DNA of 64,000 nucleotides, taken from NCBI RefSeq assembly GCF_009914755.1, contig NC_060941.1; one strand, written 5' to 3'. The position numbers and the translations under genes were made by a program. Shown here in pieces: positions 14,365 to 37,092 of this stretch. Numbering within the stretch: the stretch's first letter is position 1; every line of letters starts with the position of its first letter. The notes below the pieces were generated by a model that made no database searches, was not told the DNA's origin, and saw nothing but the letters and a program-made list of their open reading frames with translations. Source of the stretch: the human T2T-CHM13v2.0 reference genome, Homo sapiens.

Positions 14365-17300
14365 AACGGCTCCAAGCCCAACTGGAATTCTCACTTAACT
14401 CCCACAAGTATCCTAGCTAGTTAATAGCATTATCCCCACTTTACAGATGAGGAAACTGAGGCCCAGGGCATTCAGATCACTCATCCATAGTCACACAACT
14501 GAAAATGCAGATGCGGGATTCCCTCAGCCCATCGGAGCTCAAAAGCAAGGACTTTCCCATTATCCCCACTACCAGGAGAGGGAGCCCCGGCTCCGGTGCC
14601 GGAGACGTGAAGGCGGCCATTCTAACCCACAAAGGCCCGCACAGGGAGGCAAACTTGGGAGATCTTCCCTCCAGAGAGGTCCAGGAACCGTTCGTGGGGC
14701 TGCGGTTCTGATTCTAGGCAGGCGCTGCCCCTGGTGCCCCTGCCACCTGGGAAGCCTCCAGCCTTACCCTTCCGCTGGGAGTCATGGAGCCGCTGCTGCC
14801 AGAAACTGTGGAAGGGAGCGATACCTGTGCCAGGCCTGACAAGGATGCGAGGATGGGAGGGATCCTCGGGGAGGTGGAAGCCGCTGACACGGAAGAGGAC
14901 AGGAGAAGAGGGGGCCAGTCCTCAGACACCCCAGGCCCACGCACACACAGGATGGCTGGGGAGCTGGGCCTGTGGGGGGTGGTCGTGAGGAGATGGAGAG
15001 GACAAGAAGCTCCTATTTGATTTCCCATGTCCTGCAGGCTGCTTCACTTCTGTCCAGGCACCAGCACCTCCCCCAGGTCCTTCTGAAAAAGGGCCATGCT
15101 CACTGGACTCTGGGCCCCTCCAGCACTGTTGTCATCGTTGTCCCTGCTAGAGACAGGCACACCAGTGTGACCCCAGTGTCTTCTTTATGGGCCACGGGGC
15201 CCCCGAGTGGCACCTAAACCCCAGATCCCTCCCTTTCCTCCCGGAACCCCCAGGGGTCGGCGGTCCCACAGGGGACAGAGTGGAAGGGGTGCTTACTTCC
15301 GCACAAAGCAGGGCACTGGGTTTTGAGGCTTCAGTTGTTGAGCCATGTGCTGCAGACGCCGTGGTGCAGGGGACCCTGGCCATCTGCTACGATACCACAA
15401 AGTGACCAATGTCCCCTACTGCCCATGTGCAAACTGTACCAGCTGCTCCGCCCACACCACGGCCTCCTTGGACGCCCCCACTCAGGCACTCTCAGGACTC
15501 AATGAGCAGCTGTTTGTTCTGGTTCTGAGATCCACCCTCTGTAAGCGCGGAGCTGAGGAACGTTGAAAGGGACTTAGAGAGGTTGCAGGTTGTCCCGTCT
15601 GCCCAAGCAGAAACTGAGTTCCGGAGTGGAAAAGTGACTTGGAGAAGGTCACTCAGGTCGCGGTGGAATCAGGTGGACAGCTCAGCTTCCCTGACTCCTA
15701 CTCCAGTGCTCCTTCCAAAGACTTTCTCCGGGAACACTCCCAGCTCACCACTGAGCTCCACTGACAGCAGCATGAAGTGGCCCCTCAGGGTGGCTACTGC
15801 TGTGCGTGCTCATGAGCGTGGCCCTTGCTGGTAGCAACCCTGGGTGGTGGATGAGTTCCGCGCATTTCAGCCTGCTCTGGCACCTTGCTTTCCTCCTCAG
15901 TGGGCCCTCCCGGGCTTGTAGAAACCCAGGAGGTTTCTCTGGGTTCTGTTCCCCTTACAATGGCCCAGCACTTGAAGGAGGCCTCCAACCAACTGCAGAG
16001 GTCCCCCTGGTTTTCCTCGGGATTAAATTTTGCTCTCACAAGACATGTAGGCCTCTCCTCTCCTGGTCTGGGTGGCTGTTCTCTAGCAGGGCAAACAGAG
16101 TCTCTGGCCAGTTTTTAGAAACTGTGTTTGTGCTTCCTAGAGGACAGAGGACTCAGAAGTGTGGGCAGCTCCCAGCTTTGCCCACCCAGGCAACGCTCAG
16201 TTACAGAGGGCAGGGCAGGGGGCAGCGGCCAGTGGTGGAGCCGAGACCACCTGGACGAGATGTTGGCCTCCCGCTCTATGGCAGCATCACCCCGCCCCCT
16301 GCCACCCCGGCCCACTTTGCTTCCCTCAGTGACCCTGACCTTTCCTTCTTGGCTTCAGCACAATGAGAATAATCTAATTATTTCTATGCCTATCTCTCCA
16401 CTGCCGCCTCTAGATGCTCCCTGAGGGCAGGGCTGATGTCTGCTGTATTTCCACACCCACCCCAGTGCCAGGCATGAGGAGGTGTGAGATAAACCATCAC
16501 TGAATGAGCTGAGTAAGTGAATGAACAATCAATGCAGAATCTCCCTTGTGTTCAGGCTGCACGACCAGGAAGACTAAGAACCACTGGCCTCCCACCAAGC
16601 ATTGGGTGCTCTCCACGTCTGATCTCATTAAATTGTCCCAAGAGTAGTGGAACAGTGGGGTGGTGGAGGACTTGGACTTAGCAGTTAGACTAATCAGGTC
16701 TGAATCTCTGCTCTCCACTTACTAACAGTGTGACTTTCTGTGCCACCTGTAAAATGCACACAGGGCCTACCCCACAATGTAACTGATCATATACATACAG
16801 AAGGCTTGGTTTAGTGCCTGGTTCCTACAGATCTCTCCCACACGCCTCCTATTACGGTTAACAACTCTGGGTGGTGGGTGTTCCCTCCCTCCTTGAACTG
16901 ATGAGGGAGCTGAGGCTGAGTTGATGAACAGATGCCCAATAAGGGGCAGACTGCGGCTGTTCCAGATCCTCCTCCCTGGGCTCACCTCGGGTGTGGTACA
17001 TGAGCACGGTCACAGTCAGGTGGATCTCCATGGGCATGTGATCCCAGGAGGAGCTGATGGAGTAGAACCTGGGATTCAGAATGGGGAGCTGGGAGAGCAG
17101 GAAGCTAGCAGACACCCACAGGGACAGAAACTCCTCCAGCACCTCCAGGAACGTGAGGCTGTTGGTGAACTTCCACTTGCTGTACTCTGAGAGTAAGTGG
17201 AGGGTGATGTGAGCGACTCAGGGCACCTGCCCCACTTTGGGGGAAAAGGCTTTCACAACCTAGTAGTCATTCATTCATTCACTCACTCACTCAACAAACA

Positions 17301-18979
17301 AGTCCATGTGCCAGGCACTGTCCAGGGTGCTGAGACTACCGAGCTTGAGAAGAAATAGTTCCTGTCCTGGAGGAACTCAGTCCAGTACATTTATCTAACT
17401 TATGTGACCTCCTCCACTGTCGGCAACTCGTGGGCAGGGGTCAAATTTTTGTTGCAATTTAATTTGGGGCAAGGCTTTGGAACCAATCAGACCTGGGTTT
17501 AAATCTTGGCTGGGTGTCCTCACTAGCTGTGGAATCTCATCCCAATTACTTAACCTTTGTGAAACAAGGATAGTATTGCCTGCCTTGTGGGGATGTTATG
17601 GGAATTAAATGAGAAAGCATGTGCCAAGTTAGTACATTGCAGCCACAAAATAATGGTGGTGGAGGTAGTTGGAATCGAGATAATTAGCTATAATGATGAC
17701 AATAATAATGACAACCAGTGCCTTTTGCAGACTTGGAACCAGACAGTTGCAGGTGAGCTAATGCATTCTCTCATTAACTTATTAATTCAGCTCTCCATCT
17801 GTCACTCTGCCCATTATGCCCATTTATCCATTCATCCACACCATCCATCCCCCAATACATCTTAAGTGACAAGTTTATTCCAGTTTTGGGGAAAGCAAAG
17901 ACGGATAAGGGCGGCTCCCCTTTCTAGCTAATGTTCAAGGCAGTGCACTCTGGTTGCATCCTGCAGACACTTGGAAAAATTCAGTTCACTCAACACAACT
18001 GTGTCCTAGACATGGGCCAGCGGACGATGCCTGGCTTCCCACCAGCCTTTGACAAGTCTCACTTTGGGAACCTGGTGTGGATCCCTCTTGAAAGTTAAAA
18101 CCAGCTCTGGACTCTGGCTCCCCACATGCTGGGACCCCCCACATACCCCCACTGCCCACCAGCCCTGATCTTCACCTGGCACAGGGCCTCCAGCCTCGTC
18201 TCTCAGGCTTTTCTGTGGCCACCTGGGCCAGCTTTTGGAGCAGCAGCTGGGTGGGGGTGTGGTGATGTCCAGGAAGTAGGTGAGGGCCTGGCTGAGTGAG
18301 CAGGGGGGCAGCCTCTTGTCACTGACCCAGTAGCTGCCTGGATGGGGAAGGAAGGTGTCAGGATGGAAAAGAGGCCCCATTCAGGATTCTCAGTAGGTAG
18401 CGAGGCCCCCAGGCAGACACCCTCTATTCTCCAGCTGCAGGGGAAAGGAGGCTCTAAAGACCTGGCTCTAAGAGCAAAAGGCAGGAAGAAGGTGGCGCAT
18501 GGAGAAAGGACTGCCAGGGAAGGCTGATCACCAGCCCCCAAAGGGGCAGTAAGTTGGCGTGGTCCTGATAAACTAACCACGTCCTTTTCTGGCCCAGACC
18601 TGAACTTTAGCAAGACACTCACCGGTGATCTACAGACTCACAATGACTAAATCCACCAAAGACTAATGGATACCTCACAGGCCAGTTGTTCACTTGGAGA
18701 AAAGCCCATGACTGCAGTCCCTTGGGTGCTGTACCAAGAGGTGCTGGGTGAGCAGAAGATGAGCTCAAAGGGAACTCCCAGGGGGCAGCATGCAGGGCAG
18801 TCACAGCACAGACCCTGGGGCTGGAAGACATGGGTTCAAACCCTGGCTCTCCACTTCCGAGGTGACTAAAGCCTCTGGGCCTTGGGTTCCCTCCCTGTGA
18901 AACAGATCTGATAGCACAACCTATCTTGCTGGGTTGGCATGAGCGCTGAATGAAATTGCGCACATATAGTTGGTGCTGT

Positions 18980-19266
<287 letters not shown>

Positions 19267-19457
19267 AGTTGGTGCTGTGCCTGGTAAACATGTTCCCTAA
19301 ATATTAGGTAAAAATATGAGTATGACGTTATTTCCTCTGACCAGGGTCCTGATGAACCACATCCATCACCCTGCAGTCACAAGGACATGTGTCTCCTCGT
19401 CCTCACTTTCTCCTAGATGGTGGCGGACACTGCCAGGCTCTGCCTCTCTGATCCCAC

Positions 19458-19753
<296 letters not shown>

Positions 19754-20221
19754 CTGATCCCACTTTCTGACTTTGGCCACTGCATTGAGGGGGATACACT
19801 GGTGGTGTCATTATCACTGGGGAAACTAAGGCCAGGGAGCCATGCCTGTGGCTGGGACTGTTTCCACAGCTGCTTTCACATAAGATTTTGGCAGCCCACC
19901 CTCTCAGCAGGAAGGACAGGGATGACTGTCACTGGCAGGCCCAGGCTCAGCCCCTCAGCCAGATGGGGTGGCCAGAGGATGCCAGGCAGCACTGGCTCCC
20001 TGGCCCAGGGCTCACTGCTCTCATCCAGAGCCTCCAGGTGCCCTGTCTGGTGGGGTGTGGGGCCATCCACCACTCGCTCCAGCATGCCTTGGACCAGGGC
20101 CAGCTGGTTGCCTGGGCAAACCCCAAGGTGCTCCCTTGGCAGGTAGTTCAGGCCTTGGCCCTCCTCACAAGAGAATTCCACCAGGATGGTGGTGTGGCTG
20201 GGTAAGGAAATAGAAGCCTCA

Positions 20222-20533
<312 letters not shown>

Positions 20534-22579
20534 TCAGGTGATGTTGCAGGATTTCCTCCAAGGATCCCTGATGGGCAAGAGAGATTCCCCAGGAAATGCA
20601 CTCTCCTTTCACTTACCTGGCTGGTTCCACAAGCCTGGGCTGCCACCCTGAGCTTGGGAAGCATCCCCACAGCCAGGGGTGCTTGAGAGGGCCCTGGGAG
20701 CTTCCCTCTGGGGAGGAGAGGGGCTCACCCCTTCCCAGCAGCCCTCTGAGCCCCCCGAGCACTTGGCCACAGCCTCTGCCTGGAGAAAGCATCCCTCTTG
20801 GAGATAATGGACATCAGAAGAAACCTTTCCTTGTCACCAGGACAAATGCTGTTCTTATTAGAACCAAGGCCAATTTTCTTAATGCATGTGGGGAGGACAG
20901 CACAGATCAATGAAACCTGCAGATAATCCACAAGGCTTATTTCCCAGAGCTGGGAAATTTCCTTCCCTGCCAACACTTTTCCTGAAAGTTCTTAAGAATG
21001 AGTCAAACAGTTTAAGTCTCTCTTGCACTCTCCTTTTAGTGAAAGAGTTCAATGAGGAAGGAGAGGAAGTGGAACAGACGCTTAGAGTCCAAGCTGGAAA
21101 AGTGGCCCGTGGTTAACCAAGAGTAGATGTAAAAGCACAGGTGGCCACAGGTTACCAGGTGAGCCAGTCCTACCGATGGCATGGCTGCTAATGCCAGCAG
21201 ATGCTCCTCTCCTCTCCCTTCAAAGACTGACTTCTTCTGGTCTTTCATTCATTAAAATAAAATCAGTAGAGCATCACCCGAGAAGCCCTGCACTTTCCCT
21301 TACCTGGATGTTGGACTCTGTAGCTTCTGCTGAGATTTGAGCCTCGTGGTGAACATGTTATTGGCGTGCATGCTGCTGAGGGCTGTGGAGGACACAGAGA
21401 CGGTGAAACGGCAAAGTGGCTCTTGAGCGTGGGTGGCAGAAGCCCCCACATGTCTGAGTCAGTGACACCAGAGCACTACCCTTGGGGCATCCTCCTGAGG
21501 TGGCTGTTGGGGTTTTCTTTCCTTTCCTTTTATTCCACTGTTTCTGAATCACAAATAAAGGTCCTTGGTCTGATACAGGGCAGCTGGGTTGCTTCTAGGT
21601 GTTGGGAAATTCAATTTAGGAACCTAAAATGGAAAGTCCCAGGACATCTCCACAGCTTGGGATCCACAGGAGAGCATCGTTGACATTGGGGATATCTTAA
21701 ACATGTAGAAACCTTCAGGACTATCTAATCAGGGCACAGGGCACAGCACCTGGGGGTGCAGAGTGGAGAGTTCACCACTACAGCCTGGAATCGCCTCTGT
21801 GATGCCTTCTTCATGACCCTTTGCTGCCTTTGTGGCTAGAAGGCTGGCGCTCAGATCCCAAAGTGGCCACAGGCTAGCAGCTTGCTTCACCTCCCTGAAC
21901 TGCAATTTCTCCATCTGTGCCTTTCTCCCAGGAGGAGTGTCCAGATTCACTTAGCCCATGTGGGCCAGGAGCCCTGGACAGTGCCTGGCACACAGTAGGC
22001 CCTCGGCGGATGCTGTCCCCTTCTCTCTCCACCATCCTTCTGCGGCTCCCTCCTGAAACAGCCTCCCTCAGCGCCTTGAGTCTTGTGCCCTAACAGGCTC
22101 TTGCATGCAGTGAGAGGGAGGCCCCGAGGCCAGCTGTCTCTGTTCAGAAGGACCTGGGGTTCTCCTTGACCATGAGCTCAGGGCTCAGACCCCAACACAA
22201 ACAAGCCCCATGTGCTACAGAGAAGCAGGTCCCTTAGCTGAGGTCCAAAGGCTGTGAGTCCTGCACGAGCCTGAAGTGGTGCAAGCCCCAGGTCACATTG
22301 GAGGTGTAGAGCTTGGGGATCTGAATGTGCTGTTGGCTTCGGACATCAAACGTTTCACAGGCTGCCTGGAAGAAGGTGGAGCAGATGGGGGTTAATGGTC
22401 AGCAGCAGCAGCAGCATCCCCACCACTGGGGCTACCACTTTTTAGGCCCTTACCATGGGCCAGATACTAAGCCATCTGCTTCGTGTAACTTCGAAGCACA
22501 CTTACCTGATAGGGTGACAGCAAGGACTCAAAGAGGTGTCTGGGCTTGGCACATAGTAGCTATTGCTACTATTTTGAAT

Positions 22580-22886
22580 GTTGTTTTGCCTTTGTTTTTG
22601 TTTTGAGATAGGGTATCGCTCTGTCACCCAGGCTGGAGTACAGTGGTGTCATCATAGCTCACTGAAGCCTCAGCCTCCCTGGGTTTAAGCAATCCTCCCA
22701 CCTCAGCCTCCCAAGTAGCTGAGACTACAGATGTGCACCACTAAGCCTAGCCAATTTTTTGTATTTTCAGAAGAGACTGGTTTTGCCATGTTGCCCAGGC
22801 TGGTTTCAAATTCTGGGGCTCACGCCATCTGCCCACCTCAGCCTCCCAAATTGCTGGGATTACAGGCATGCGCCACAGTGTCTGGC
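22580..22886 (-). mobile_element. Alu (older, AluJ-like)
   Basis: gagatagggtatcgctctgtcacccaggctgg...atagctcactgaagcctc. Confidence 0.88.
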
Positions 22887-25800
22887 CATTATGAATGCCA
22901 ATATTGACATGATCTTCTTGTATCCTCATGACCACACTGGAAGAGGTCTGATTGTTCCCTTTTCCTGTTGTGGAACCACATGGAGGAGGCCTGGGCTTTG
23001 GAACCAAGCCTGCCCCGATGCAAGCTGATGCTCCTAAGCACCACTGCTGAGTGACGCTCTGCATGAGTGATGAGTTCCCTAAATGACTGGGGCCAACCAT
23101 AGCAGTAAAGAGCTATGGAGATACTGAGTGGATCCAAAGTGGATCTGCCACTGTGTGGTGCCTGTCCCTAGGCTCTCTATGGCTGTGAGACTGAAACAGA
23201 CACAGTAGTTAAAAGGTGACCTAGGTAGTCAGTGGGGGAGACCTTAAACTAGAAGCTCCCTAAGGGCAGGGGGGTATCTGTGCCACCTTCTCCCCCAGAG
23301 TTGTGTGCACAAGGTGGAGCTCTTCTAAGGGCCTGAGGGAGAGCAGCAGTGACCTAAGCCCTCAGGCCTGTGGCCCTGGCTCATGCCTGGGACCACATCT
23401 ACAGGACCAGGGGCAGAGGTCATGGCACCTGGGACACCCAGCACAGATGTCCTAGGTTGAATGCACCCTGTCATGTCCCTGCTGTGGAGCAGCTCTGGCT
23501 GGGAACCGACCTTGAAGGTTTGCATGGCCCAGCTGCGGAAGGCATCCTCTGCCCACTGACCTCATCCTCTTCCCCCATCGGGGTGAGCTGAGAGGCCCCC
23601 AGGTGGGACAGCTACTGGGTGAGGTCATGAGCAAAGGCACAGAACTGAGGGTACTTGCTGGAGCTGAGGCCAAACATGGCATACCTGCCCAAGGAAACAC
23701 ACAGAGACTCATGTCCCATGCAAGCAACACCTGGCACCCAGCACCCAGCACCAACAGCCTGGAGGGCCAGCCACAGACTCTCCCCATCCAGCTGGAGCAT
23801 GGAGCTGCAGCCCCTTCTAGTCCTCCCAACCCCTGAGCCTTGTCACCAACTCCCATGACCACCCCATGCTTGGCCTGCAGACCCGTGAGAGGGACTTGGT
23901 TTCTGTGGCTTGACCCGTGACACACTCCGAGGGCAAACCTCTGGCCCAGGGTCCCTCTGTGCCTGGTCAGCTCTGAGAAGACCCCGTATGCGCACCCAGT
24001 TCCATCCCCTGAGCCAGACTTTGGGTCCTCAGGGCAAGGTTAGAAGTTGCAGGAGGAGGGAAAAAGCTTTACCTGAATTTGTTGGTGAGCTCTTTCAGCA
24101 TGAAGAGGGATTTCTTCAGTTTCTAGAAAGAGAGGAAATGACAGAGTTCTCAGGCCAAGATGAAAAAAAACACCGCTTTTTCCATTCCTCTGGAAAACTG
24201 GCCACAGATGGCAGGAGATGGCTCCTGGCCCACAATGGAAGTTGGTTTACATATGGGGCCACCTGGCCAAGGACCTGGTTGTCAGGTGAGAATTTTAGCT
24301 TGTCTCTCACTCCAGCTAAACTGTAGCAACTTGTGTGGGCCCTGTCCCCTGGTGGGAGACCCAGAATAGCCTGGCCCCCTCCCATCCAGCCCTGGGCATC
24401 TCCAGAGGGCCTCCTAATAGGCCGTGATTCTGTCTTCTTGTTTGGAACCTGGTAAAAGCAACAACAGTTGGTCCTACAGTCTCTGAAATAAGGCTGGCTT
24501 TCCAGGAAGCCAAGATGATTCCAGGAGGTATGTGACCCAGCAGAACTAGCGTCAAATCCCATGGTGAGTATTTACTCCCTTTTCCATAATTTATTTTTTA
24601 GTTATTCCCCTTCAATTACATTTTCATTCTTTTGAGCCCTGGAGAGACAGTCTTGAGTTGGTGCTAATAGACCTTTAATGCCTCTCTCATTGCCTAGTAC
24701 TCTTTTAAAAAACAAAGAAGGAGCAGGCCTTGGCCAGGGAATAGTATCTAGCTAAAATTCATTAACTTCATTTTGTTTTCATTGAATTTAAGTTTTGCTG
24801 CTTTCCATTTGTGAGAGTGACACAAGTTTCCTTTAAACATGAATTTGTAAATACAAACAGGTAGGCCATTCACAGAAATATATTAAATATGTCATAGGAA
24901 AGGGGGCACTCCCATATGGCAATAATTACAATGGAGGCCGGCAAATGACCTGAGTGACCCAGATGGCCTGAGCACTGACTCCCAAATGCCCTCTGTAGGA
25001 CCTGCTTCATTCCCCGGACCCTTTCCTGGGTCCTCCCACACCCTACAACCTCCTAGACCAGCCAGACCTCAGGCCACCCACCTCTCCATTGCTGGGGAAG
25101 TCTCCATTCCCAAATGTGGTGGTCTCCACCAGCAACAGCTGTGCCTCCCTGTACTTGTCCATGCAGAGAACCTGGATGGTACCCAGGTGGACATCAGCCC
25201 TCAGCTCCCAGTAGATGCTCTGGGCTCCCTCCCACACCTCCCCCAGGCCAGGGCTTCTGTGCTCATCTGTCTCTTCCAGTGCCCGGCACAGGTGTGGCAC
25301 GGAGGAGGTGAGTGAACAGATTTGAACACATTGTCCTCGGTTCTCCTTCCTTGCTCAAGCCCTGAAGCTAACCCGTCAGGAAGCCCTGGATGCTCTGCCT
25401 GTAAAATACTGCCTATCCTATGTCCAAGCTCCTCTCAGCACATCCATTGCTATTTACAGTTTTGTGTGTGTGGAAATATTTCCACGAAATTGGAATGAGC
25501 AGGTCACAGCTGTGCCTGGAGGGAATGGCTGGGGAAATGTGCCCTCGCCTTGCTGTTCTATCCAGGCCCACCCAGCTGAGGATGGGGGACCTGCCACCAC
25601 TCTCCTGGCAGTTCCGGAGTCCTGGGAGCTGGCAGGTGAGGACCCAAGAGTGTTTTCAGCAACCTGGCTGACCTGGTCATCCGTCAGTCCCACCTTAGCC
25701 TAGGCCTCTACACAGCACAGATCACAGCTCATCCCATTGTGGCATTACACTGGCCTGTGCCCTGTCCTCAGGGTCACATCCGTCTCCCAGAAGCCATGTG

Positions 25801-27110
25801 ACCCTGACCCTGGAAAACCCATCAACCTGTCTAACAGTCAGGTTCCTCCTCTGTGCATTAACAATGGCATTGACGCCTGCTTTGCAGGGCGCTGGGAGGG
25901 GAGAGGGAGGTGTATGCTGGAAAGCTCCCCAAGGGCAAGGCCTGCCTCTGCGTCACTCACTGTCAGATCCTCATAGCCCGGGGCTGGTCCAGCACGTGGC
26001 CACCATTCCCTAAGTATTGGATTTGCTTCATCAGTGCTGAAGGCAGGGGATAGAGCTTAGACAGACCCCCTGTGTTCTGTCTTCTTTATCTGCAGCTTAC
26101 TCATTCTTGCCCCTTTCACATGCACCCTGTAGAGCAGACGTTCACTGAGTTTGAACAAAATTCAGCTAGAGCAGCTGATGTATATTGAGGCCTGAGTTCA
26201 CCTGCCTGGGTCTCTGGAGTCCTCGGAGTCTCCGTGTGGTCCCCGTGATCTGACACTGAGGACACACCTGTAGTCTGCTGATCCCAGAAAGAGGGGTGTG
26301 TGCTGCCTGGGGTGGGGAAGATGTCGGGGCATGGCAGGTGGCTCCTGGGACTGCCCCCCAGGGTTCAGAGAGGCTGAAGGCTTCCTGCCACACAACCTTA
26401 TCCAGGGCTGTTGGGCCTGGGATATGGCCCCCTGTCAGAACTCAGGTAGGAGCGGCCTTGGCTGTTACCCAGCCCCCTTGCCACCTCACATGGGGACCTG
26501 TCTCCGCAGTGGGCGACTGGGCCCAGATATGAGTCACCCTCTGCCCTCCTGGGCTGCTCAGTCCATGCCAGGACTGACCATTCCCACACCTGGCTGAACT
26601 CTTGGCTCTGGCTCTGGGCCCGGGGTCCTGCCTGTGCCCTCTCCTTGAATGCTCTGGGGGTCAGGAACACCCAATTCCCTTGTCTCCCTGGCTCAAGGCT
26701 TGTTGTCCTGGCACCCTTAGAGGGGTCTGCAGGAGTGAGGGGCCTCTGCTGCTCTCTGAGGCTGTGGGTGCTCTCAGGGAGGGGTGGGGGCTCCCACAAA
26801 TGGGTCTGGCTCCTCCAGTGCGCTTGAGGGCCCTGTGAGGGGGAGAGCGGGCCACCAAGGAAAGTGGGAGGGGGCTTGTGGGAGGCTCTTGCCCACATCC
26901 CCCTCCTGCACAGCATGTTCGGTACACACGCATTGAGCGCCTGCCCTGAGGACCGATGGGCCTCCTGTACTTTCTTAGAGTCCAGGAAGAAGAGGAGAAA
27001 GAAAAGGTGAAGAGGAAGACCCAGGTAGTAGGATTGGGGGTCCTGAGCACTCCCCCACTATTGACTGCCCCAGAAGGTGATTCAGGAGGGGACCTGGTAC
27101 TGGAGCCCAC

Positions 27111-33874
<6,764 letters not shown>

Positions 33875-34682
33875 GACATTCTGAGGTCATGGCAGGCATC
33901 ACAATGGGGCCTTGCCTGGGTCAGCAGGGCCCAGAGTCAGCATCCTCCACTGCCTGAGGCGTCAACATGCCTGCCTGCAATGTGTTTGCACATGTGCATG
34001 CACACGTGTATGTGGGTAAACACATCTGTGCATGCATGTGTTGCTTCTCTGGCCAGGCCTGGCTGCCCCACTCATGTGTGCACCCAGTTCCTTGTCACTG
34101 TCACCCCCGGAGCCCCAGGCCAGCATCAAAGCATCCATGGGTGCTCCCTGACCTCAGCCCTCCCTGCCCAGGGTAGGCCTGGGATACACATAGGGATGGA
34201 GGGAAGTGACTGCTGTTGTTGAATCTCAGAAGAAAAATGCTAATACTATTACCTAATGATCCTTTTAGTATCTCTAATGGTCTTTTTAGTATCTCTAATG
34301 GTATCTATTTTTTTATTTCTGATATTTTAATTGGGTATTTCTCTCCATGATCCTTGGTTATTCCAGCTAGAGGATCCTGTGGGGAAAGTGCCCGGCACAC
34401 AGTAGAGGCTCACTCTTCTAGACATGTTATCTAAAATCTGGCTTATCCGTCCTTCCACCCAAGGCCTAGGTGATGCCAAATTCCAGGAGCCAGAAAGAGC
34501 TTGGGATAAAAAAGAACATTCAAGGGGAGGGCTTTGGCCTGGGCTGAGTCTTCTTGTGCCATCCAAACCTGGAGGCTCAAGTCCTGAAACAGGGTGTCCT
34601 GATGCCCCAATGCAGTGCCCTCCTGATTGACACCTGCTCCCCTGTACTCATTAGCAACCTCACCCACCCTACTCTCAAAGCA

Positions 34683-35020
34683 CACTTGGCCCTCATATCT
34701 GGGAGTTCTGCATCTGTGGATTCAGCCAACAGCAGATGGAAAATATTCAGAAATGAAATTGGATGGCTGTCTATACTGAACATGTGTAGACTGTTCCTGT
34801 CATCATTCCCTAAACAATACAGTATCACAACCATTTATATAGCAGCTGCATTGTATTATGTATCATAACTAATCTAGAGATGGTCTAATGTATACAAGAG
34901 GATGTGCATAGGTTATATGTAAATACTAAGCCATGTTATATCAGAGACTTGAGCATCCATGGGTTTTGGCATCCCCGGGGACCCTAGAAATAATCCTCCA
35001 TGGATACCAAGGGATGACTG
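34683..35020 (-). mobile_element. MER2 (Tigger-derived) DNA transposon
   Basis: Reverse strand starts CAGTCATCCCTTGGTATCCATGG, with GGATGCTCAAGTC and ATCTCTAGATTA; TA flank at 35021-35022. Confidence 0.85.
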
Positions 35021-35467
35021 TATAAACTCACTCAGGAAGGCTTCTCATCAGAGGAAGGGCCTAGTTCAGGACACACAGGGACATCCTCCCTGGACTACTG
35101 TCCATTCATCCATCCATTCATCCATTCTTCCCCCAGCAACTCTAGGACTGTCCCAGTGACAACCCTAGCAAGTGGGGACAAGAAAAAAGACCAGCTCACG
35201 TTGTCCAGCTTTGAGTTTTGGAAGAAGTTGCACTAGTACGAGGATGGGGGTCAGATTCCTCCAGGATCCAGAGAGCATATCAGGCAGCCTCGGGGTGAGG
35301 AAAGGAGCCCAGCCTCTCCAGCAGCCACACAGGCCTGCAGTAGGATGGTGCTGGGGCTGGCCCTGTGGATCACTTGGGCCTAGTGAGGGGAAATAAAGAC
35401 CAGGGGGCAGAGGAGGAGCATGGGGGCAGCTGGTGGCCTAAGGAGAAGGCATCTCAGGGAAGGGGTC

Positions 35468-35821
35468 TGTATTAGTTTGCTTTCACATTCCTATAAAGAA
35501 ATACCTGAGACTGGGTAATTTATAAAGGAAAGAGGCTTAATTGATTTGCAGTTCAGGAAACTTACAATCATGGCAGAAGGCGAAGGGGAAGCAGGCACCT
35601 TCTTCACAAGGCGACAGGAGGGAGTGAGTGGAGAACAAGGAAGTGCCACACTTTAAAACCATCAGCTCTCCTGAGAACTCACTCACTATCAGGGGAACAG
35701 CACGGCGTGGGGGGAAGAACTGTCCCCAAATCCAATCCCCTCCCACCAGGTTCCTCCCTTGACACTGGAGGATTACAATTTAAGATGAGATTTGAGTGGG
35801 GACACAGAGCCAAACCTATCA
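35468..35821 (-). mobile_element. MST-family MaLR solo LTR
   Basis: TG...CA ends; tgagactgggtaatttataaaggaaagagg; 5-bp TSD GGGTC at 35463-35467 and 35822-35826. Confidence 0.88.
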
Positions 35822-36924
35822 GGGTCTCAGCTGGTCTTGCAGCTCCCCTGGGGCTGAGAATGTGTGCAGATCTGCTGACCCTGCTTTATAGCACTCGGGG
35901 GCTCTATCAGTGCACCCCCATCTGCTGCTTCCTGGGGGTGGTGGCTGCTTCCTCAAGAGGAGAGTGGATCTGCTCTCTTGCCAGCCCCCTGCAGGGCCTT
36001 GTGGAGCTCTGGCCATGTCCTCCCAGGGTAAGGGCAGGAAACCTGGCTCCTTGCCCTTCTTACTCCTTGGGTGACAAGCCTGGGGTCATCCTTAGGCCCC
36101 ATCACTGCCCCTGCTTCTAAATGAAGAGCATTTTGCCAAATCTTCCTGGGAGAGGCTGGGGGCTCATCCCTGCTGTCTGTTTCATCTTGTTAAAGCCAGG
36201 TTAAGACAGCTGAGCAAACAGACAGTAGAGTGGCCCCCAGGAAGGGTGGGTGGAGGATGCTGGCCTTTGGGCTTGCCTGGACCATGGTGGGAGGGGGAAG
36301 GTTACCAGGAAGCAGTGCTGTCAGGGTTAAATTCAGGAGGAGGTGGTTATGCTGGTGGGGGTGGTGTGTGGCTGGTTTGGGGTAGGGCATAAGTAAGAGC
36401 CAAGGTTGGTCAGCACCCAGAGGGGGCAGCTGACTCATCCCTGTGGCAGCGGAACCCAGTGGTTGCCCTTAGTTCCTGGATCCAGGGAGACTTCTGGGGC
36501 CTGGGTCTGGGGCAGCCTAGGGGTGGAGGTGGTGGGAGAGGGGTGGGAGAGGAAGCTTTGCCTGGCCGGGTGCAGGGCAGGAAGCAGCCCAGGGACTGGT
36601 TTGCAGTGGCTGCTGTCATCCCTACCCCCACCCCCAAATTCACCCCTACTCCCACCCTGGTGTAGGCCAGGGCCTTTTCAGGTGTCCTCTGCTGTGGTCT
36701 CAGCAGATCACAGGATGGAAGCTGGCAGCCTGGCAGGTGCACCACTTGAGCCAGGGGTGACCTGCAGCTTCTGCTTCTTAGAGTGCAAGGTCCCACACGC
36801 CTGTCTTTGAGGGTGCTGGGAGGTGGGGGACCAGCTTCTGTAGCCCTGTGCATGTGCCCTGAAAGGTGGCCTAAGACTCCTGTGTGTGCCTGTCCAGGTG
36901 GGGCCCCAGGAGCCTGAACAGTGG

Positions 36925-37092
36925 CAGGGAGGGAGATGAGGAGGGAGAGAGAAGTGGAGATGAAAGACAGAGAGAGAGAGAAGGGAGTGAGAGCGAGAGG
37001 AAGAGAGATGGGGAGAGAGACAGAGGAGGCTGAGAAGAAGAGAAGGGAGAGAGATAGAGTGATGTAAAAGGTAAAGAGACAGGGAGAGAGGT
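36925..37092 (+). repeat. GA-rich low-complexity purine tract
   Basis: About 170 bp almost entirely G/A. Confidence 0.85.

Noticed and set aside
34262-34302. 21-bp tandem duplication
   Set aside because: Ordinary slippage repeat with no further signal.
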